NCBI GenBank assembly: GCA_963847625.1 | Contig: CAWKAR010000019.1 | Span: 96,001 to 160,000 of the forward strand | Direction: 5' to 3' | Source: a candidate division FCPU426 bacterium | GTDB lineage: Bacteria; Oederibacteriota; Muellerivitia; Muellerivitales; Muellerivitaceae | Length of the DNA: 64,000 nt | Part shown: piece after piece, positions 58,820 to 64,000 of the stretch | Layout: every line of letters starts with the position of its first letter | Numbering within the stretch: position 1 is the stretch's first letter | The notes under the pieces: generated by a model | The model's input: only the letters and a program-made list of their open reading frames with translations | Database searches by the model: none | Told to the model about the DNA's origin: nothing | Made by a program: the position numbers and the translations under genes

Positions 58820-60073
58820 CTAAGCCGGTGGCACAGATTTGGCACAGTCCCCGATGGTCATTCCTTCGGCAGTCCGTGCCACTTCGACCAATTGCTCATC
58901 CGAAAACTGAACGTACACATCGGTCGATTTTCTGCTCCTATGGCCCGCAAAGCTACCTAAAAGCCTGTCTCCCACCCCCTGCAAGGCCAGCCGGGTGAGA
59001 CAAAGATGCCGCGTATCATAAAAACGCAGTTTTTTCTGTTTTAAACCGGGCAACTTGACCGACGCCAAGGCGATAGTTTTACCAAAAATGGAGCGCATGT
59101 TGCAAGTCTTAAGGCGCCTGCCCATTACCGAGAAAAGGAAGTCATCAGACCCCTTTTTCGCGGCATTTCTCAAGACGATTTCTTCGACAGTCTTGAGTAT
59201 TGGTATTGTCCTCCCATGGCCGGTCTTTCCCGGTTTGATAAAAACAAATAACCTGCCTTCCGTTCCTTGTTTTGTCGGCACTTCTCTTCTTGAAATATCC
59301 CGAATTTGGATATCAAGAGCCTCTTGTACCCTCGTCCCTTGATGGAGTCTGAAAAGAAAGACATCCCGGAAGAGTTCCGCCGGCACCCTGAAACGGACTG
59401 TGGGAAACCGCTTATAGCGTTTCTCAATTTCCCCCAGGGCTTCCAAAATGGCTTCGAATTCCTCTTCCGACAAGGTAATTGCTTTAGGCTCTGGCGGCTT
59501 TGGGAAAAAGTTTGGATTCTGGTCCAAGATTGCCCTGATCGGATTTTTGTCCGCGAAACCCTTCTTTATCGCGAACTTGAAAATCCGGTCAATGTGCCCC
59601 TTGTAGTCCAGCTGATTCCATCCATTAACTATTACCCGCCGCCCACTCCTATCCTCCGCGTATTTGTTCCGGCTGTTAAACCAGTCGGCCAAGACGCTGG
59701 TAGTGATTTCTCCAACCAGCTTGTCTCCAAATACGCTTCGTAGAAGCTCGATTTTTTGCTTGATGTTCCTTTCAAAGGACGGTTTTGAACGCATCTTCAA
59801 AACCGGGTCCTCCAGGTAACAATCCAGCACTTCCTTAAACGGGACAGTTCCAACCGGCCTTTTCCGTGGGTCGTATCCCTCATTAAGCCGCATCTGTAGC
59901 TCAGTACGGCTCCTCTCAAGGTCCTTGATTTTCTTAAGTTCCCTGAGTTCGGGGTATTCCGCCACCGGAAAACGGGTCGATAGATAACGGGAATTCCCCG
60001 TTCCATCGACCCAGTAAAAATACCAGTTGGCCCTATTCGAACGCTGCTTAATCTCGACGAGAATTGGCATCAC
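58820..60073 (-). CDS. int: Tyrosine recombinase/integrase
   Basis: GTRVQEAL (R), GKTG (K), YDTRH (YxxR variant of HxxR), AGH, TDVY (Y). Confidence 0.9.
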   Translation of the reverse strand: MMPILVEIKQRSNRANWYFYWVDGTGNSRYLSTRFPVAEYPELRELKKIKDLERSRTELQMRLNEGYDPRKRPVGTVPFKEVLDCYLEDPVLKMRSKPSFERNIKQKIELLRSVFGDKLVGEITTSVLADWFNSRNKYAEDRSGRRVIVNGWNQLDYKGHIDRIFKFAIKKGFADKNPIRAILDQNPNFFPKPPEPKAITLSEEEFEAILEALGEIEKRYKRFPTVRFRVPAELFRDVFLFRLHQGTRVQEALDIQIRDISRREVPTKQGTEGRLFVFIKPGKTGHGRTIPILKTVEEIVLRNAAKKGSDDFLFSVMGRRLKTCNMRSIFGKTIALASVKLPGLKQKKLRFYDTRHLCLTRLALQGVGDRLLGSFAGHRSRKSTDVYVQFSDEQLVEVARTAEGMTIGDCAKSVPPA

Positions 60074-60320
60074 TGCCCTCCCTCGTCCCGCTTCCCTGAC
60101 TCCTCAATGATAACAAAACAGGATTTCTTTGGCGAGATTCTTTGACGGTCGGCATATGTTCAATGGCCCACTTAAGGGACGTCATGCTGATCCTCGGGTT
60201 CCTCCCGAAAATATACTTCGCCTTAATTTTTCCCATCTTCACCCACCGGATGATCGTTCTCGTTGAAACGTGGGCGTAAAGGGCAGCCTCTTGATATGTA
60301 AATATTTTCTCCCCTTCCAT
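60048..60320 (-). CDS. Excisionase-like HTH protein
   Basis: FTYQEAALYAHVSTRTIIRWVKMGKIKA; overlaps the int start. Confidence 0.85.
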   Translation of the reverse strand: MEGEKIFTYQEAALYAHVSTRTIIRWVKMGKIKAKYIFGRNPRISMTSLKWAIEHMPTVKESRQRNPVLLSLRSQGSGTREGSDANSRRD

Positions 60321-60419
60321 GCCAAGCCCCCGCCTTCGCTCGGCTTTCCTTCGTTGTTCCTTTCTTTGATTAACCATTTCGCGCTCCCAAAGGCGGGGTT
60401 CCTTATAAAACCTTTATCT

Positions 60420-60722
60420 TCAGCCCTTCCCAGCAGCTTGTTCTTTTTCCTTGGCTTTTTTCTTATATTCGTCCACCGCAGCCTTTTCGATTTCCGCCTT
60501 CGCCTTCTTGTTGGCGTTACAAAAGTGGAAATACTCCCCATCCTTTTTGCCTGGGCGGGATGGGAAACCCACGAACAACCCATCCCCATCCTTCTTCTTC
60601 ACCAATGTCAGGTCGTTGAAATAGAACTCATAACTGGCGATGGCAACCTTCACGTCGAAAAACGCCTGCGTGTTCTCCCCTTCGTAGGGGTACATCCTCG
60701 TAACCTTGACCTTTAAAGCCAT
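60420..60722 (-). CDS. SpoVG-like protein 1
   Basis: AFFDV..NDLTLV..GLFVGFPSR..DGEY; AGGAGG RBS. Confidence 0.8.
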   Translation of the reverse strand: MALKVKVTRMYPYEGENTQAFFDVKVAIASYEFYFNDLTLVKKKDGDGLFVGFPSRPGKKDGEYFHFCNANKKAKAEIEKAAVDEYKKKAKEKEQAAGKG

Positions 60723-60753
60723 TTGCTTCCTCCTTTGATTTTTATCCTGCCCG

Positions 60754-61095
60754 TCACCTTTTCACTTTTCTCCTTTCCTCCCTCGGTCCTTGGTTATCCT
60801 CTATAGGCACCTGTGCGCTTTCCTTGATTTTCTTCTCGTACTCGGCGATTGCGACTTTCTCAATGTCTTTCCGGGTATTTGCGTCCATGTAGCAAATATC
60901 GTGGTACTCTCCCTCCTGCCTTCCAGGCCTAGAAGGAAGGCCCAAGAAAAAACCATCCCCGTCTTTCTTCTTCACAAGCGTTAATTCGTTGTAACCAAAG
61001 ACACGACCAGATATTTGGACCTTTGCTCCGACAAAAACCTTCGTGTGTTCCCCGTCATATGGAAACATCCTGGTAATCCTGACTTTTAAACCCAT
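60754..61095 (-). CDS. SpoVG-like protein 2
   Basis: MGLKVRITRMFPY..GFFLGLPSR..GEYHDICY; paralog of its neighbour. Confidence 0.8.
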   Translation of the reverse strand: MGLKVRITRMFPYDGEHTKVFVGAKVQISGRVFGYNELTLVKKKDGDGFFLGLPSRPGRQEGEYHDICYMDANTRKDIEKVAIAEYEKKIKESAQVPIEDNQGPREERRKVKR

Positions 61096-61132
61096 GCTCC
61101 TTCTCCTTTTGAATTTAATGACCAATGCAAAA

Positions 61133-62605
61133 TTATTTTTTCGTTGGCACCTCCTTGTCGGCCAGGGTGTTCCTGGCAAATTCCAAAGCATCGTTTTTCC
61201 CCTTCTCATTAGCTGTTTCCAAATAAACCCACCAATTGGCGGAACCTTTCTTGGTGGAATACTCGTGGAGGATTTCGAGAAGTTCTGGTGTGTATTTGAC
61301 GGGTTTTGGCCCTGCGCTCTTGGGAGTTCCCCGGAAAACCACTGTGTTCCTTCCACTATCCTTGGCGGTGTATAGGCCGTGATCCGCCGCCGTAATAATT
61401 CCTTCCAGGTTGGTCCCGTCTTCCCCCCATTCCACGAGGGCTTGGCTAATAGTCACCGGATAGTGAATAAGAAACAGATCGTCCTTCTTGTGGTCAAATC
61501 CATCCGTAAAGTGCCGGATGTCCTCTTTCTGGATGATTTCATTCGTCTCCGTCACGACCTTTTCTTCGCAGTGCTTCCTGAATTCCTCCGCTTTTTCCAC
61601 CGCTTCTTCTTCAGTCCCGTCCAGCACCCAAACAAGCTCCTCACCGCCATACCTCCATATCCTGTTTTTGGTGAAGATTTGCTGGCCCGCTTTCGCCAAT
61701 GCTTTCAAAACGGCATTCCCGACCTGGTGGTTGTAGTGGACATCGTTAAAGGATTTGAAAAAGTCGATATCAGCCATAGCCAGGAAAAATTGGTTTTTTC
61801 TACGGGCAGCCAAGGCGGGTATTTGCTGCACAGCCGCCCGGTCGTTCAAAAGCCCCGTTCGGTGGTCCACCAGGGTTTCCTGTACCAAATCCTCCTGGGT
61901 GGTCTGTGTTTCCGATTCGGCCCTCATCTCCTTTTCCAGGAAGGGGTCGAAGATTTGGGCGAAAAGCCATTTGAGGGGTTTGACTTTCTTTAGCTTTCCC
62001 AAGGCTTCGTGCCGTCTTTTCTTTTTGGCCATTTCATATAGCCGGGTGATTTTGTTGTCAGTAACTCCTGCCTGCATGAGAGTCGTGCAAAGGGTGATGG
62101 TGCGGTGGAATTGGCTACAGGCGTAATGGGAAACGGCCAAAAGCGTCAAATAGTTGTAGTTCTTGGGGTACCTAAGGCTTAAGGTTTCGAACTTCTCCAC
62201 AGCGGTCTCATATTTCCCGGTGCGGATACACAATTCAGCCTCCAAAGCCACGGCGTCGGGAAAATCCCTCTTCATGGCGAAAATCTCCCCTAAACTTTCA
62301 CGGCAATCGGAATTGAGGCCCATTTGGTATTGGGCACGCGCAAGCAATACGAGGCTTTCAGGTGTCTTGGGAGAGAAGTTGTGGAGCCTGTTGATCACTT
62401 TGAGAATGGAATGGGGTTGCTTGTACCTGGCGTAAATTTTGGCCGCTTCCAGGTGAGCTTCAACGTTCTGGGGTTGGTGCCAGGAGATGACCTCATCAAA
62501 GAGCTTCAAGGCTTCCTTGAATCGGTTCGTCTCCATGCACAAATGCGCTGATTGAAGGCACCGCCTGGCCAACTCCGGGTTTATCTGCAATACGTTTTCT
62601 TCCAT
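61133..62605 (-). CDS. TPR plus GGDEF (GGEEL) diguanylate cyclase-like protein
   Basis: DHRTGLLN, DIDFFKSFND..HQVGN, RYGGEEL, ADHGLYTAKDSGRN. Confidence 0.88.
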   Translation of the reverse strand: MEENVLQINPELARRCLQSAHLCMETNRFKEALKLFDEVISWHQPQNVEAHLEAAKIYARYKQPHSILKVINRLHNFSPKTPESLVLLARAQYQMGLNSDCRESLGEIFAMKRDFPDAVALEAELCIRTGKYETAVEKFETLSLRYPKNYNYLTLLAVSHYACSQFHRTITLCTTLMQAGVTDNKITRLYEMAKKKRRHEALGKLKKVKPLKWLFAQIFDPFLEKEMRAESETQTTQEDLVQETLVDHRTGLLNDRAAVQQIPALAARRKNQFFLAMADIDFFKSFNDVHYNHQVGNAVLKALAKAGQQIFTKNRIWRYGGEELVWVLDGTEEEAVEKAEEFRKHCEEKVVTETNEIIQKEDIRHFTDGFDHKKDDLFLIHYPVTISQALVEWGEDGTNLEGIITAADHGLYTAKDSGRNTVVFRGTPKSAGPKPVKYTPELLEILHEYSTKKGSANWWVYLETANEKGKNDALEFARNTLADKEVPTKK

Positions 62606-62609
62606 ATGG

Positions 62610-63224
62610 CTAAAACCTCTGGAAATCCGTCACGATCAATTTCCCGTTTTCCTTCTTCACCACCACCACGAGGTGGAAGGGCAACTCGATCTGGGAACCA
62701 GGCCCCCTGGCGTCCGAGTTGTAAAGGTTCTTCCCTATGACCTTCACCCAATAGTGGGTCCCGTCCGTGTTCTCCACGCTTGAGCGGTCGATCTGCTGGT
62801 AGGAGACATAAGCCTTGGTGTCCGTAAGGAAGCCGACCCATTTAGGGTCGAGGAATGCTTCCTGGTAATAGGACATCATGTTGTCGCTCATGAGGTTCGC
62901 CACCTTGTCCACTTGGCGGTTGATGTCGGTGTAACTGATGTTGAAAGCCATGATGGAAAACTTCTCAGCAAAGTCTGTTATCTCCCTGGTTTGGGGGTCC
63001 TTATCAACTACCTGGGATTTCTCCCCAGAAACTTCTTTCTTGGAATCCGCAACATGGCCTGACCTTCCCCAAAAGAGGGTGGAACCAAAACCAACCAGGG
63101 CAATAACGATTCCAAAAATGATTTTCCCGGCATAACCCTTTTTCTCAGGTTCCTTATCGAGGAGATCAAGAATGTCATGCCCGTCCTCCTTTTTCGGTTC
63201 TGTCATTTCATGCCGACCTTCCAT
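62610..63224 (-). CDS. VirB8-like/conjugative membrane protein
   Basis: Single TM followed by an NTF2-like pattern; downstream of the VirB4-like gene. Confidence 0.55.
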   Translation of the reverse strand: MEGRHEMTEPKKEDGHDILDLLDKEPEKKGYAGKIIFGIVIALVGFGSTLFWGRSGHVADSKKEVSGEKSQVVDKDPQTREITDFAEKFSIMAFNISYTDINRQVDKVANLMSDNMMSYYQEAFLDPKWVGFLTDTKAYVSYQQIDRSSVENTDGTHYWVKVIGKNLYNSDARGPGSQIELPFHLVVVVKKENGKLIVTDFQRF

Positions 63225-63282
63225 AAACCTTTAAGGGAGGTCGGTATAGTCCTAATATCCTTTAAAATCTTTTTATGGATCA

Positions 63283-64000
63283 TTAGGACATCTCCACCTC
63301 AGGTTTATTTACGACCATCTGGGCTTCTTTTTCCTTTGGGGCTGGCTTCAAGACGGTTTTGTTCTCCTTGTCCTCAATCCACTTGGCGATGGCCCCCAAA
63401 GTCGTAACCGGGTCTTCGTCAGGAGCGTAAGTTTCCAGGTATTGGTCGCGGATGGCGGCTTCTGGGCCGTAAGTGGTGGCGATGTGGTAGGCCAATTCGT
63501 CGGGATAGATGTTCACGATTCCCTGGCGTAGGGTCTGGTGGATCAGGGCTTGGGAATAGACACCTTTGACCAAGTGCAGATTCATGACCTTTTCCACTTG
63601 ATTGGGGTTCAATTGGAGAAGGCCTTTGGCGTGGTCGATATCATCCCCGACCAACTTCAAAAGAATTTTGGTAGAGGTGTTTTTCAATATGGCTTCAACA
63701 CCCTTCACCCCGAAAAACTCCCCGATTTCCTGTGTGGCGAAAATGGGCTGGAGCCTCAAATGCCGGGCAGTCTTGGCGATACGGAGTAAAAAAGCTAATC
63801 CAGCAGGGTATTGGGCCAGGTACCAGCACTCATCCATTGCAAGTTGGGATAACCGGTTTAGTTCCTTGTTCTTTTTTGCTTTCGATAGGCAGTAATTGGA
63901 AATGACGAATACGGCCAATCCCACGGCCTTCTTGTCGTTATCGCTGATGCCCGACGTATCGAAAACAATGAAGGAATTGTCAGCTTTGACGGTGGATTCA
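63283..64000 (-). CDS. VirB4/TraC-like ATPase, C-terminal part (5' end outside the window)
   Basis: IVFD, LAMDECW (Walker B), KTARH, FATQ, ILKNTSTKILL. Confidence 0.8.
   Translation of the reverse strand, partial: ESTVKADNSFIVFDTSGISDNDKKAVGLAVFVISNYCLSKAKKNKELNRLSQLAMDECWYLAQYPAGLAFLLRIAKTARHLRLQPIFATQEIGEFFGVKGVEAILKNTSTKILLKLVGDDIDHAKGLLQLNPNQVEKVMNLHLVKGVYSQALIHQTLRQGIVNIYPDELAYHIATTYGPEAAIRDQYLETYAPDEDPVTTLGAIAKWIEDKENKTVLKPAPKEKEAQMVVNKPEVEMS

Larger units (their letters stand above)
58800..64000 (-). mobile_element. End of an integrative conjugative element (continues beyond the window)
   Basis: Integrase and excisionase next to a tRNA; VirB4- and VirB8-like genes co-oriented. Confidence 0.75.

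Noticed and set aside
58820..60073. ICE integrase as the recombinase of the cassette array
   Set aside because: It lies 35 kb away, is paired with an excisionase at a tRNA, and has no 30-bp site nearby. It cannot be excluded but is unsupported.

Overview
Bacterial chromosomal window; outer-membrane beta-barrel and lipoprotein genes suggest a diderm, but the taxon cannot be determined from sequence alone. The left ~48 kb is mostly accessory: signalling, secreted/membrane, TPR, NHL and GT-C genes, plus one IS30 interrupting a lipoprotein gene. The right part is core (pheS, trmH-family, rplT, rpmI, infC, thrS, tRNA-Val/Cys/Gly), followed by the end of an ICE-like element (tyrosine integrase, excisionase, two SpoVG-like genes, TPR-GGDEF, VirB8-like, VirB4-like). 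The two most notable observations are as follows. (1) At 14.3-23.5 kb, unrelated one- or two-gene cassettes (PIN toxin-antitoxin, hydrolase, VOC, Sel1, NHL/OMP, a small CxxC ORF, with a GNAT adjoining) are separated by at least 9 co-oriented 30-bp sites. The sites have an 11-8-11 architecture (TTGTCCACNNN-GG(C/G)TCCCC-GYCGYGGACAA) that resembles tyrosine-recombinase sites but not attC or dif, and no recombinase gene is adjacent. This is a candidate new integron-like cassette system. (2) A highly structured ~270-nt non-coding element is present twice (1..141, truncated by the window edge, and ~1281..1565) around a stand-alone nucleotide cyclase gene and upstream of an HD-GYP gene; it matches no RNA family I can recognise. 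All assignments come from reading motifs by eye; no database searches were run.
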